64,000 nt of DNA from Thalassobaculaceae bacterium (GCA_965228875.1 OZ245843.1:1780616-1844615); one strand, 5' to 3'; numbered from the stretch's first letter, positions 8,591 to 18,886 are shown. The notes: generated by a model not told the origin, from the sequence alone. Translations and numbers: made by a program.

Positions 8591-9463
8591 TTACTCCCGG
8601 TACCGGAAGTCGAACGCGTCGCCCCAGCGCACGAAGTGTCCGATCGAGGGCGAGCGGAAATGCGCGGTGCAGATCAGGGTGTCGGTCTCGCAGTAGCGGT
8701 CCATCACCGAGACCCGCGTCGCCTTCGCCTGCTCGCGGTCGACATCGGGAAAGGCGACCAGGTCCGGATGCCGGCACTGCAGCGGCGAGTGCATCATGTC
8801 GCCGATCATCAGCGCCTCCGAGCCATTGGACGTCAGGTGCACGGCGAAATGGTCCGGCGTGTGACCCGGCGTCGGCTCCAGACGGATCCCGTCGTCGAAG
8901 GCGTGGTCGCTGGACACCTCGACCACACGGCCGGCCTCCACCACCGGCAGCACGCTGTCGACGATGTGCGGAACCGGTGTCTCGGCGTTGCGCGCAGTCC
9001 AGTAGTCGAGCTCTTTGCCGGAAAAGACGTACTTCGCGTTCGGGAATGTCGGGATCCAGCGGCCGTCCAGGAGCTGGGTGTTCCAGCCCACATGGTCCGG
9101 GTGCAGGTGGGTGCACATCACGAAGTCGATGTCCTCGACCGTCAGCCCCGCCCTCGCCAGCGCCGTCATGTAATCGGTGTCGGACTTTTGGTGCCAGTTG
9201 GGGCGGGTCGGCCGGTCCTTGTGGTTGCCCACACAGGTGTCGATGAGGATCGTGTGCCGGCCGGTGCGAACGACGTAGGACTGCATCGGGAAGATGAACA
9301 TCCCGGTCTCCGGATCGAGGCTCAACGGCTCGAGCCAGTGCCGGTTCTCCTCCAGGAGTTCCGGCGTCAGGGTCGGCAGGAACGCGAAAGGGTCGGTGAA
9401 CGGCAGGTTCTGCTCGATGACCCGGTCGATGCGGAAATCGCCGACGGCGAAGCTGAGCGTCAC
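8591..9463 (-). CDS. MBL-fold metallo-hydrolase (lactonase-like)
   Basis: THLHPDHVG (HxHxDH), TPGHTPDH, IGDMMH, TAHF; GTG start after AAGGGAGGG RBS. Confidence 0.9.
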   Translation of the reverse strand: MTLSFAVGDFRIDRVIEQNLPFTDPFAFLPTLTPELLEENRHWLEPLSLDPETGMFIFPMQSYVVRTGRHTILIDTCVGNHKDRPTRPNWHQKSDTDYMTALARAGLTVEDIDFVMCTHLHPDHVGWNTQLLDGRWIPTFPNAKYVFSGKELDYWTARNAETPVPHIVDSVLPVVEAGRVVEVSSDHAFDDGIRLEPTPGHTPDHFAVHLTSNGSEALMIGDMMHSPLQCRHPDLVAFPDVDREQAKATRVSVMDRYCETDTLICTAHFRSPSIGHFVRWGDAFDFRYRE

Positions 9464-9603
9464 GGGACCCTCCCTTGGCGGCTGTGTGTCGACCAGTGTC
9501 CTCCCGCCCGCATCCGTCCCGCAAGGCCGCGCGTTCCAATACCGATTTCCCGCCGGCTTCGCGCCATGGTATGAGCGGGAAACCCTCAGAGTGTTCACCG
9601 ATC

Positions 9604-10995
9604 ATGTCGACCCTCCGCCCCGTCACCGTCCCGTCGCCCGAGTCCGCCGCCGCCTTTCTCGACGAGCATCCGGAGGTGGCCACGATCGACGTGCTGCTGC
9701 CGGATCTTTCCGGCGTCGTGCGCGGCAAGCGCATCGGGCGCGACCAGCTCGCGCCGACGTTCAAGAGCGGCGCCGCCTTCCCCGCCTCGGTCTTCGGCAC
9801 CGACGTGACCGGCGACAGCGTCGACTCGAGCGGTCTGGTGTGGGAGCTCGGCGACGCCGACTACCCCTGCTGGCCGGTGGCGGAGTCGCTGGTCCCGGTG
9901 CCCTGGACCGCGCGCCCCTCCGCTCAGGTCATGCTGACGATGGCCGAGCCGGACGGCACGCCGTTCTACGCCGACCCGCGCGTCGTGCTGCAACGCGTCG
10001 CCCAACGCTACGCCGACAGAGGCCTGAAGCCGGTGGTGGCGCTTGAGCTGGAGTTCTACCTGATCGACCGGGCCCGGGAGGCGCATCTGCCGCCAAGCCC
10101 GGCGATCAGCCCGGTGACCGGCTCGCGCCAGTCGACCACCCAGGTCTACGGCCTGGACGAGCTCGACGATTTCGAGGCGGTGCTGGACGACGTCGCCAAT
10201 GCCTGCCGCCTGCAGGGCATTCCGGCCATGGCGGCCTCGGCGGAATACGCGCCGGGCCAGTTCGAAATCAACCTGACCCATGTCGACGACCCGGTGATGG
10301 CCGCCGACCACGCGGTGATGCTGAAGCGGGCGATCAAGGGCGTGGCCCGCGCCCACGGCATGAACGCGACGTTCATGGCGAAACCCTTCGGCGACGAGAC
10401 CGGCAACGGCCTGCACATGCACGTCAGCGTTCTGGACAGCAACGGCGACAACATCTTCGCCAGCGCGACCGATCCGGAGAATGGCTCTCCCGCCCTGCGC
10501 CACGCGGTGGGCGGATTGTGCGGGACGATGAACGACTGCATGGCGATCTTCGCCCCCACCGCGAACGCCTATCGCCGGATCCGGCCGAACTCCTACGTGC
10601 CGCTGTCGGCCTGCTGGGGGTACAACAACCGGACCTGCGCGTTCCGCGTTCCGGCGTCCTCGCCGGATGCGCTGCGGATCGAGCATCGGGTGGCCGGGGC
10701 CGACGCCAACCCCTATCTCGCCGGCGCAGCGATCCTGGCGGCGATCCTGCACGGTATCGAAACCGAGGCGGAGGCACCGCCGCCGGTGGACGGCAACGCC
10801 TACGAGTCGCAGCAGCCGAGCGTCCCGAAGACCTGGGCCGAGGCGCTCGACCGGTTCCACGACAGCGCCTTCATCGCCGACTGGCTCGGCGACGGTTTCC
10901 GCCGGGTCTTCTACGCGGTGAAGGAGAGCGAACGCCGCGATTTCGAGGCCGAGGTCACGCCACTGGAATGGCAGTGGTACCTCAAGACCGTCTGA
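9604..10995 (+). CDS. Second glutamine synthetase-like gamma-glutamyl-amine synthetase (PuuA-like)
   Basis: PDLSGVVRGK, VALELEFYL, EYAPGQFEIN, ATFMAKP, GNGLHMHVS, WGYNNRT, RIEHRVAGADANPY. Confidence 0.92.
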   Translation: MSTLRPVTVPSPESAAAFLDEHPEVATIDVLLPDLSGVVRGKRIGRDQLAPTFKSGAAFPASVFGTDVTGDSVDSSGLVWELGDADYPCWPVAESLVPVPWTARPSAQVMLTMAEPDGTPFYADPRVVLQRVAQRYADRGLKPVVALELEFYLIDRAREAHLPPSPAISPVTGSRQSTTQVYGLDELDDFEAVLDDVANACRLQGIPAMAASAEYAPGQFEINLTHVDDPVMAADHAVMLKRAIKGVARAHGMNATFMAKPFGDETGNGLHMHVSVLDSNGDNIFASATDPENGSPALRHAVGGLCGTMNDCMAIFAPTANAYRRIRPNSYVPLSACWGYNNRTCAFRVPASSPDALRIEHRVAGADANPYLAGAAILAAILHGIETEAEAPPPVDGNAYESQQPSVPKTWAEALDRFHDSAFIADWLGDGFRRVFYAVKESERRDFEAEVTPLEWQWYLKTV

Positions 10996-11008
10996 GGCGA
11001 GGACGGTC

Positions 11009-12337
11009 GTGACGCAGCCCAATTCCCAGCCAGACCCCCAGCCAGACCCCCAGGCCGCATCACTGTCCATGTCCCGGCCCCTGACCTGGTACCACGCCAC
11101 CGCGCGAGCCCCCGAGCGCCCTAGGCTGATCGGCGACCGGCGCTGCGACGTCTGCGTCGTCGGCGGCGGCCTGGCCGGCGTCTCGACCGCCCTGCACTGC
11201 GCCGAACGCGGCCTCGACACCGTTCTCGTCGAGGCGGAGACGATCGGCTACGGCGCTTCGGGCCGCAACGGCGGCCAGGCCCTGCTCGGCTGGAGCGCGA
11301 CCACCGACACACTGGCACGGGCCATGGGCACCGAAGGCGCCGCCCGCCTCCAGGACTGGGCGCACGAGGCGATGGACGATCTGAAGGACCGGGTCGCCCG
11401 GCACGCGCCGGATGCCGACCTGCGCTTCGGTTACCTGCACGCCGCCCTGAACGCCCGGCAGCTCGCCACCCTCCGGGCCGGTCGCGAGCACTGGGCACGG
11501 CAGGGTTACACCGCGCCGCAGGTGCTCGAGGGCCGGGAGGTGCGAGACTGGCTGGGGACCGACCGCTATGCCGGCGTGCTCACCGATCCCGAGAGCGGCC
11601 AGGTCCACCCGCTGCGCTACCTGTTCGGACTTGCCGCAGCGGCGGAGGCGGCGGGAGCGGCCCTGTACGAGCGCACCGCGGTCTGGGACGTCGACGGAAC
11701 GGTGGTGCGCACGCCGGGCGGCGCGATCACGGCCGACCGGGTGGTCTTCTGCGGCAACGCCTATCTCGCGGGCCTGCAGCCGCGTCTGCGCTCCAAGGTC
11801 ATGCCGGTCGCCTCGTTCGTCGCCGTGACGGAGCCGCTGGACGAGGCGCTGGCCGGGCAGTTGTTCCCCAAGGACGTCGCGGTCGCCGACTGCAACACCG
11901 CGCTGGACTATTTCCGACTGACCCACGACCGCCGTCTGCTGTTCGGCGCGGGGGCGAGCTATTCCGCAAGCACGCCGCCCGAACTGGATGCCTGGATGCG
12001 GCGCCGGATCGCCCGGGTGTTCCCGGAACTCTCCAACGTCCGGATAGATCATGTGTGGGGCGGCATGATCGGCATCACCGTGAACCGCATCCCCGATATC
12101 GGCCGCCAGTCCGACGTGCTGTTCCACGCCCAGGGTTTCTCCGGCCAGGGCGTGGTCCTGACCGGGCTCGCCGGCAAGGTGATCGCCGAGGCGCTGTGCG
12201 GCGACGACACCCGGCTGACGCTGTTCGAGCATGTGCGTCACCTGCCGTTCCCCGGCGGCCCCCTGCGCACCCCCGCCCTTGTCGCCGGCATGGCCCTGGC
12301 GAAGGCCAAGGACTGGCTGGACGGCCTGAAGCGGTAG
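11009..12337 (+). CDS. FAD-dependent oxidoreductase, gamma-glutamylputrescine oxidase (PuuB)-like
   Basis: VVGGGLAG, GASGRNGGQ, LDYFRLT, WGGMIG, QGFSGQG, PFPGG; downstream of the PuuA-like gene. Confidence 0.88.
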   Translation: MTQPNSQPDPQPDPQAASLSMSRPLTWYHATARAPERPRLIGDRRCDVCVVGGGLAGVSTALHCAERGLDTVLVEAETIGYGASGRNGGQALLGWSATTDTLARAMGTEGAARLQDWAHEAMDDLKDRVARHAPDADLRFGYLHAALNARQLATLRAGREHWARQGYTAPQVLEGREVRDWLGTDRYAGVLTDPESGQVHPLRYLFGLAAAAEAAGAALYERTAVWDVDGTVVRTPGGAITADRVVFCGNAYLAGLQPRLRSKVMPVASFVAVTEPLDEALAGQLFPKDVAVADCNTALDYFRLTHDRRLLFGAGASYSASTPPELDAWMRRRIARVFPELSNVRIDHVWGGMIGITVNRIPDIGRQSDVLFHAQGFSGQGVVLTGLAGKVIAEALCGDDTRLTLFEHVRHLPFPGGPLRTPALVAGMALAKAKDWLDGLKR

Positions 12338-12449
12338 GGCGAACCACGACCGGATGGAACCATCCGGCAGATGGAACCATCCGATCGTCGGTGTCTTTTT
12401 TCTCCAGCTCAGAAGAACAACCGTCTCGATCCGAGCCGGTCGTACTCTG
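12335..12449. repeat. Palindromic intergenic element, copy 2 (degenerate, with an internal duplication)
   Basis: TAGGGCGAACCACGACCGGATGGAACCATCC...GATCGT resembles the reverse complement of copy 1 (TAGGGAGGTCCTCGATCGGATGGAAACGTCTGATCGT); GATGGAACCATCCG is repeated at 12353 and 12370. Confidence 0.5.
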
Positions 12450-12467
12450 TCTCAATAGCCGCAGCCT

Positions 12468-13586
12468 CTATAGCCGCAGCGCCTCCTCGACCGGCGTGTA
12501 GGCGAGGCCGTGGGCATCGGCGACCGCCTTGTAGGTCACCCGTCCCTCGTGGACGTTCAGCCCTTCCTTCAGGTGCCGGTCGTCGGCCAGGGCCTGGCGC
12601 CATCCTTTGTCGGCAAGCGCCAGCGTGAACGGCAGGGTCGCGTTGTTCAGGGCGAAGGTCGAGGTGCGGGCGACACCGCCCGGCATGTTGGCAACGCAGT
12701 AATGCACCACGTCGTCGACGATATAGGTCGGCTCGGCATGGGTGGTCGGCTTCGACGTCGCGAAGCAGCCGCCCTGGTCGATCGCCACGTCGACAAGCAC
12801 CGCGCCTCGCTTCATCCGCGACACCATCTCCTCGGTGACCAGCTTCGGCGCCGCCGCACCGGGCACCAGCACCGCGCCGATGACCAGGTCCGCCTGCAGG
12901 ACGTACTCCTCGACGGCATCGCGGGTCGAGAAGATCGTGTTCAGGGTCGGCCCGAACTGCATGTCGAGCTCGTAGAGCCGGTGCAGCGACTTGTCCAGAA
13001 TCGTGACCTTGGCCTCCAGTCCCATGGCCATGCGCGCGGCATTTGTACCGACGACGCCGCCGCCGAGGATCACCACCGAGGCCGCCGACACGCCCGGCAC
13101 CCCGCCGAGCAGCATGCCGTTGCCGCCCTGCGCCTTCTCCAGGCAATGGGCGCCCGCCTGGATCGACATGCGACCAGCGACCTCGCTCATCGGAGCGAGC
13201 AGCGGCAGCCGGCCGTGGGAGTCCGTCACGGTCTCATAGGCGATAGCGATGCATCCGCTGTCGACCAGGCCCCTGGTCTGCGCCTCGTCCGGAGCGAGGT
13301 GAAGGTAGGTGAACAGGATCTGGCCCTTGCGAAGCCGCGCGATCTCTACCGGCTGCGGCTCCTTGACCTTGACGATCATGTCCGACGTCTCGAACACCGC
13401 GTCGGGAGTCGGCAGGATCTTAGCACCCGCCGCTTCGTAGAGATCGTCGTCGAGGCCGATGCCGTAACCGGCATGGGTCTCGACGACGACCTCATGGCCA
13501 TGCTCGACCAGTTCGCGCACGCTCGCGGGCACAAGGCCAACCCGGTACTCGTGGTTCTTGATCTCTCTCGGCACACCGATCCGCAT
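12468..13586 (-). CDS. ald: Alanine dehydrogenase
   Basis: [65 protein letters not shown]. Confidence 0.98.
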   Translation of the reverse strand: MRIGVPREIKNHEYRVGLVPASVRELVEHGHEVVVETHAGYGIGLDDDLYEAAGAKILPTPDAVFETSDMIVKVKEPQPVEIARLRKGQILFTYLHLAPDEAQTRGLVDSGCIAIAYETVTDSHGRLPLLAPMSEVAGRMSIQAGAHCLEKAQGGNGMLLGGVPGVSAASVVILGGGVVGTNAARMAMGLEAKVTILDKSLHRLYELDMQFGPTLNTIFSTRDAVEEYVLQADLVIGAVLVPGAAAPKLVTEEMVSRMKRGAVLVDVAIDQGGCFATSKPTTHAEPTYIVDDVVHYCVANMPGGVARTSTFALNNATLPFTLALADKGWRQALADDRHLKEGLNVHEGRVTYKAVADAHGLAYTPVEEALRL

Positions 13587-13755
13587 TGAAGCCTCCTCAC
13601 GTGGCGCTCGGACATGACAGTCGCGCCAGCGTAGGCGGGCGCCCGTCCCGCTTCAATCGCGGCGAAGGGACGCGCGCCGGCTCTGACGGCAAGAAACGGG
13701 AAGCCGGCGCACCGCTGCCGCAATAGTCTGCGATCGCCCCGACCGGAGACAACGG

Positions 13756-14673
13756 ATGCCCCCCGCCGATACCCGCATGACGCCGCTGGACTGGCTCCTT
13801 CTGATCGTGCTGTCGATCCTTTGGGGCGGTTCCTTTCTGTTCGGCCGCATCGCCGTCGCCGAGGTGCCGCCGGTCACCCTGGTCCTGGCCCGCGTCGGAA
13901 TCGCCGCGGCCGCCCTCCACCTGGTGCTCCGCGCTTTCGGCATCACCTTCGCCCCGACCGGCGGACGCTGGCGCGACTATCTGGTCATGGGAACACTCAA
14001 CAACCTCGTCCCGTTCGGTCTGATCTTCTACGGCCAGATCGAGATCGGCGCCGGACTCGCCGCCGTGATCAACGGCATGACCCCGTTCTGGTCGGCGCTG
14101 ATGGCCCGCGCCGCCGGGGTCGAACAGCTGCCCGTACGCAAGGCCGCAGGCGTCGTCCTCGGGTTCGCCGGATTGGCGGTGACGGTCGGACCCGCCGCTT
14201 TGGACGGCCTGGACGCGCCGCTGGTCGCGCAGTTGGCGGTCGTCGGCGCGACGATCTCCTACGGCGCCGCCAGCGTGTTCGGCCGCCGCTTCGCCGGCGA
14301 CCCACCCCTGCTCACGGCGACCGGCCAACTGAGCGCGAGCACAGTGCTCGTCCTGCCGCTGGCGCTGGTCGTCGACACGCCGTGGCTGTTGCCGGTGCCG
14401 ACGCCAGCGACGGTCGGGTCGGTCGTCGCCCTGGCGCTGTTGAGTACCGCGCTCGCTTACATCCTCTATTTCCGGGTGCTGGCCAGTGCCGGTGCCACCA
14501 ACGCCGCCCTGGTCACCCTGCTGATCCCGGTCAGCGCCATCGCCCTCGGCGCCCTGGTTCTGGGTGAGGCGATCGAGGCGCGGCAGCTTGGCGGGATGGC
14601 CCTCATCGCACTCGGCCTGGCGGTAATCGACGGCCGCCTCCTGACGCGCCGGCCCGGAGCTGCGGGAATGTGA
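13756..14673 (+). CDS. DMT/EamA family transporter
   Basis: About 10 hydrophobic segments, LWGGSF start, two EamA-like halves, LVLGE near the C-terminus. Confidence 0.92.
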   Translation: MPPADTRMTPLDWLLLIVLSILWGGSFLFGRIAVAEVPPVTLVLARVGIAAAALHLVLRAFGITFAPTGGRWRDYLVMGTLNNLVPFGLIFYGQIEIGAGLAAVINGMTPFWSALMARAAGVEQLPVRKAAGVVLGFAGLAVTVGPAALDGLDAPLVAQLAVVGATISYGAASVFGRRFAGDPPLLTATGQLSASTVLVLPLALVVDTPWLLPVPTPATVGSVVALALLSTALAYILYFRVLASAGATNAALVTLLIPVSAIALGALVLGEAIEARQLGGMALIALGLAVIDGRLLTRRPGAAGM

Positions 14674-14918
14674 CGACCGTGTGGGCGCAAGGGGAGCGGC
14701 ACTCCCCGAGATCGCCACGACCTCCTCTTTAGGTAGATAAAGCTCTAAAATTTTCCCGCAAACCATATGATCGCCGACCCTGCTGCGCGTCGATATGCCG
14801 GAGAGGTCCGAAAAACATGGCATGATTTGTCGTCGATCTTCGTTTAATATCTTGGTCATATCGGGAGAGGGCGGGCAAGAAGGGCTCCGCCGGAGTTAGT
14901 CATGATGCGAGCATAGAA

Positions 14919-16661
14919 ATGTTCGGCGGAAAGACCTTCGAGATCCTCGTGCTGCGCGAGGGCCGTTGGACGATCGAGGCGACGGCTCAGCACCAGGAGG
15001 TTGCGCAGGCGGAAGCCGCGAAGCTTCTGGCGCGTCCGGGCGCCCAGGGCGTGCGGGTCATCAAGGAGTCCAAGGGCTCGATCGACCGGCTCAAGCCCAC
15101 CGACATCCTCTTCGAGAAGATGAAGCCGAAGACCGAGGACAAGGTCTTCGTCCAGGACATCGACGACGCGCCGGTGTGCCGCGCCCCGGGCGAGCTCTTC
15201 TTCGGCGAGGCGCGCAGCACGGTCAACCGCCTCCTCCGCAGCTACTTCGACAAGAACAACCTCACCGCGACGGAGCTGATGCACGCGCCGCGCGAGATCA
15301 AGCGGCTGCTCGACGAGGGCACGCTGATCTTCTCCGCCATCGGCAAGGTGTCCACCTTCCAGGTCCGGAAGATGGAGGAGACGACGGTCAACCAGCGGCG
15401 CGACGTGCTGTTCGACTTCGTCAATCAGATCCAGGCCCGAGCCAACGCCGCCGCCGGTCAGAAGCTGCCGCGGATCCGCGTGGAAGGGTTCAACGAGGTC
15501 GTCGCGCACATCAAGGCCAACGCGCCGCAGGAGCATGTCGATCACCTGATCCGCTTCGCCATGACCGTGGAGCTTGTGGAGAACAGGAGCTTCCTCGGCA
15601 AGTTCGGACAGGTCATGGAGTGGGCGTGGCGGGCGGAGGAGCCCGAGGCCCTCGCGGCGATCGACATCTTCGCCTCGGACATTCTCTACAACGTGGAAGT
15701 GCTGCGCGACCTGATGGGCAACCAGCGCGAACTCGGCACCGCCCTGGTGACGCTGCTGTGCCTGGCCGAGGGCCGGTCCCTCGACGGCGAGGACGACGCG
15801 GACGAGGAGACGGACCTCACCCCCGAGCACAAGGATTTCACCAACCGGACGTTCATGCGCCTGATCGCCGAAGGCCGGCTCCCGGAGAGCAAGGAGGTCC
15901 TGGTCGACCGGGTGCGCCGGCAGCTCGAGGGGCTGAGCCCGCTGTCGCGCGGCGACCGGGAGGAGGAGCGCGAGGTTTTCGTCGGCCTGCTCGACAAACT
16001 GATCCCGGATATCGACATCGTCGGCGGCCCGCCGATGGCCCAGGCGATGACCGCCCGCCAGTCGACCATCATCAACAAGGGCGGCAACAAGGGAATGCGC
16101 GAGGCGGCGGAGACCATGCTGCCGACGCTGCACGATCCGGGACGCAAGACCGGCTATCTCCTCGCCCTGATGGATAGCGAAATCGGCCAGACTGTGCTCC
16201 GGAACGACCTGGAGTCCCTGCTCGACAAGCTGCTGGTCGATTCCCAGACCGTGAACCATCTGATCCGCGACAAGCTGCCGCCGAACAAGAAGATGGCGAA
16301 GGTCACCTCGATCTATCACCACATCGAGAAGTCGAACCTGCCGCAGCAGCGCAAGGTGACGCTGACCGAGCGTCTGGACGAGCTGCTGGTGTCCTACATC
16401 ACGGACGGCAAGATCCTCGACAAGCTCGACAATCCGGAGAAGCCGCTGCACGTCCGCGCCTTCATGCTGGTCAGCATGGTGCAGCCGGAGATGCTGCCCA
16501 AGGGCAAGGCCTCGAACCTGGCGCGCAACATCATCGTGCGCCACCTGCGCCGGCCGAACTTCGAGGACGAACTGGTCGCCGCCATCCCCGATCCGAGCGA
16601 GAAGGCGAAGACCCTTCGGAAATTCCACGAACAACTGCACCGCTGCGGATTCTTCGGCTGA
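14919..16661 (+). CDS. Hypothetical soluble helical protein (580 aa)
   Basis: Long ORF with strong GC3 codon bias; no motif recognised. Confidence 0.85.
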   Translation: MFGGKTFEILVLREGRWTIEATAQHQEVAQAEAAKLLARPGAQGVRVIKESKGSIDRLKPTDILFEKMKPKTEDKVFVQDIDDAPVCRAPGELFFGEARSTVNRLLRSYFDKNNLTATELMHAPREIKRLLDEGTLIFSAIGKVSTFQVRKMEETTVNQRRDVLFDFVNQIQARANAAAGQKLPRIRVEGFNEVVAHIKANAPQEHVDHLIRFAMTVELVENRSFLGKFGQVMEWAWRAEEPEALAAIDIFASDILYNVEVLRDLMGNQRELGTALVTLLCLAEGRSLDGEDDADEETDLTPEHKDFTNRTFMRLIAEGRLPESKEVLVDRVRRQLEGLSPLSRGDREEEREVFVGLLDKLIPDIDIVGGPPMAQAMTARQSTIINKGGNKGMREAAETMLPTLHDPGRKTGYLLALMDSEIGQTVLRNDLESLLDKLLVDSQTVNHLIRDKLPPNKKMAKVTSIYHHIEKSNLPQQRKVTLTERLDELLVSYITDGKILDKLDNPEKPLHVRAFMLVSMVQPEMLPKGKASNLARNIIVRHLRRPNFEDELVAAIPDPSEKAKTLRKFHEQLHRCGFFG

Positions 16662-16679
16662 CCCCGGATCGCAGCCGCG

Positions 16680-17345
16680 TCAGCTGAACTCCGCCTCGAG
16701 CTCGTCGGCGAAGTCGCCCCACTCGTCGTCCTCACCGGTCTCTGCCGGCGCGCTGGCCCGGGCCTCCTCGATCATCGATTCGAGCAGGGTGTCGTACTCC
16801 GCCCACGCATCATCGCGCCGAGTCGCCTTGGCCGCCGCCCAAGCTGCAGCGAGGCCGGTCGAGCGCGCGGCGTGGGTCCGTGCGGCGGCGGCGCGGGCCG
16901 CCTCCCCGGCCGCGGCCGCCTGCGGCTCGTCCGCGAGCACCGCGTCCCGCGAGGCCTGACGCGCGGCCCCTCTGGCGGCGACCCTAAGGTTGTCGTTACC
17001 CGTCTCCAGAAACCGACGGACCTCGTCGGACATGTCCCAGAAGCCGGCCACGTCGAGGGCCACCCGCCGGGCGAAGGCACGCAGCACGTCCTCGGCGTCG
17101 AGTCGCCACAGAATGGTCCGCGTGCCGCAGACGAACTTGTCGGCCTGACGTTCGCCGACGGCCTCGCACTCGACCCGGCAGATCGTGTTTCCCGGCGCGA
17201 ACTTCAGCGCATCCAGAACCCGCTCGGACGCATGCAGCCCCTGCTCGCACAGGCTGACCGGACCCTCATGGTCCAGCCGCTCTCCGTCGCCCGGTACCGC
17301 CGTGCCGTCCTTCAGGGTGTCGTCGACGAAATGCCATGCAAGCAC
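16680..17345 (-). CDS. Phage-type hypothetical protein (DUF7666-like N-domain, Ala-rich helical C-part, acidic tail)
   Basis: LCEQGLHASERVLDALKFAPGNTICRVEC...DKFVC motif followed by AARAAAA-type repeats; GTG start after GAGGT. Confidence 0.7.
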   Translation of the reverse strand: MLAWHFVDDTLKDGTAVPGDGERLDHEGPVSLCEQGLHASERVLDALKFAPGNTICRVECEAVGERQADKFVCGTRTILWRLDAEDVLRAFARRVALDVAGFWDMSDEVRRFLETGNDNLRVAARGAARQASRDAVLADEPQAAAAGEAARAAAARTHAARSTGLAAAWAAAKATRRDDAWAEYDTLLESMIEEARASAPAETGEDDEWGDFADELEAEFS

Positions 17346-17522
17346 GCCGCACCTCGACCTACTGTCCGTTATCGGTCCTGCGATGGTACAATGACGCACG
17401 GGCCCGACAGAAGCCGTTTCCGCGGTCCCACCCATAAACGGGTAGGCAAACAGCCGCCGATATGGAACGATTGTGCTCTGTATTTTCAAGGTCTTGATGG
17501 GACTCGGGAAGACGGCCGCCGC

Positions 17523-17948
17523 ATGCCCAAGGTACTGATCGTCGACGACTCAAAGCTTGTTCGGCTCACGATCAAGAACATCCTGGCGCGGGCCGAGGGG
17601 TTCGAGGTCGTCGGCGAGGCCGAGAACGGCCGCGAAGGCGTCGATATGGCGCGGGAACTGTCGCCCGATGTGGTCACCCTCGACATCGAGATGCCGGTGA
17701 TGGACGGGATCGAGTGCCTGCGCCGACTGCGGATCCTGTCGCCGGCCAAGGTCATCGTGCTGTCGTCCCTGACGCATCCGGCCTCGCCGAAGGCAGTGGA
17801 GGCCCGGCTGGTCGGTGCCGACGCGGTGATCGGCAAACCGTCCGGATCGGTCAGCAAGGATGTCGACGCCTCGGGCGGCGGTCTGCTGATCGAGACCATC
17901 GACCGTCTGCTCGCACCGGCAGGCGATGCACCGGGAGCGGCGCCATGA
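17523..17948 (+). CDS. Stand-alone receiver domain of CheB-REC type
   Basis: VLIVDDS, PDVVTLDIEMPVMDG, VIVLSSLT, IGKPSG; all phosphorylation-site residues present, no output domain. Confidence 0.88.
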   Translation: MPKVLIVDDSKLVRLTIKNILARAEGFEVVGEAENGREGVDMARELSPDVVTLDIEMPVMDGIECLRRLRILSPAKVIVLSSLTHPASPKAVEARLVGADAVIGKPSGSVSKDVDASGGGLLIETIDRLLAPAGDAPGAAP

Positions 17949-18886
17949 ACGCGGTGGCCGGCCCTGGGACGGGCGGCGGCGAGCCGGACCACATCCCTGT
18001 TCTGCTGTTCGTCTCCGACGGGCGGCGTTTCGGCATTCCTCTGTCCCGCGTCCGAGAGGTCGTCGAGATCGAGAAGATGGAGCCGATCGAAGGCGATTCG
18101 GACGACTATATCGGCGTGATGGTGCTGCGGGACGAACCTATCCCGCTGGTCATCATGCGGATCCATCCCCAGGACGCCTCCCCCCAGGTCGCCATGTGCA
18201 TCGTGTTGCAGCGCGCCAACGCGGTGATCGGCCTGGCTGTCGAACGGATCCTCGGAATCCGCGATTTCGGCCCGGCTAAGGCCATGCGCGGGCTGGTCGC
18301 CGGCGACGACGTCCAACACGCCTTTCTCGACGAGAACGGCGAACTGGTGCAGGCGGTCGACGCCGACCGCTGGTTCAAGGCCCAGAACACCCTGCCGCTG
18401 CTCGCCGACCAGCGTGCCGTCGCCGAGGTCGCCGATCCGGAGGAGAACCGGGTCCGGCAGCGTCCGAAATACATGGCGATCACCGTCGGAGGACGGCTGT
18501 TCGCCATCGACTCGACCATCGTCGACCGGGCGATAGACGATATCGGTACCGCCCCCCTGCCCCGACGACCGGGCGTGAAGATCGACTCGGTGATCGAGGT
18601 CAGTGGCAATGTTCTGCCGGTGCTGCGCCTGACCGAAGGCGGCTACGACCGCCAGTCGATCCACATCATCGTCAGCCAGTTCGGCCAGAAATGGGCGATC
18701 GCGACCGAGGGCGTGCTCGGAATCGTCGACGACGAGAGCCCGCCGGGCCCGGCCGACGAGGAAGGTCAGACCCGGGTCATCACGCACAAGGGAACGTTCC
18801 ACGAGGTCATCGACCTTTCCGGCCTGATCGCCGCTCACGTTCCGGACTTCCACCGCGGCGGCGACCGGAGCGTCGCGACGACATGA
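17945..18886 (+). CDS. cheW: Tandem two-domain CheW scaffold
   Basis: Two CheW-like units (FGIPLSRVREVV...IGVMVLRDEPIP...IGLAVERILGI; LFAIDSTIVDRA...VIEVSGNVLPV...WAIATEGVLGI); ATGA overlaps on both sides. Confidence 0.8.
   Translation: MNAVAGPGTGGGEPDHIPVLLFVSDGRRFGIPLSRVREVVEIEKMEPIEGDSDDYIGVMVLRDEPIPLVIMRIHPQDASPQVAMCIVLQRANAVIGLAVERILGIRDFGPAKAMRGLVAGDDVQHAFLDENGELVQAVDADRWFKAQNTLPLLADQRAVAEVADPEENRVRQRPKYMAITVGGRLFAIDSTIVDRAIDDIGTAPLPRRPGVKIDSVIEVSGNVLPVLRLTEGGYDRQSIHIIVSQFGQKWAIATEGVLGIVDDESPPGPADEEGQTRVITHKGTFHEVIDLSGLIAAHVPDFHRGGDRSVATT

Noticed and set aside
5533..10995. Calling the two GS-like genes glnA
   Set aside because: Sequence and context (omega-transaminase, PuuB-like oxidase) fit gamma-glutamyl-amine ligases, not GSI.
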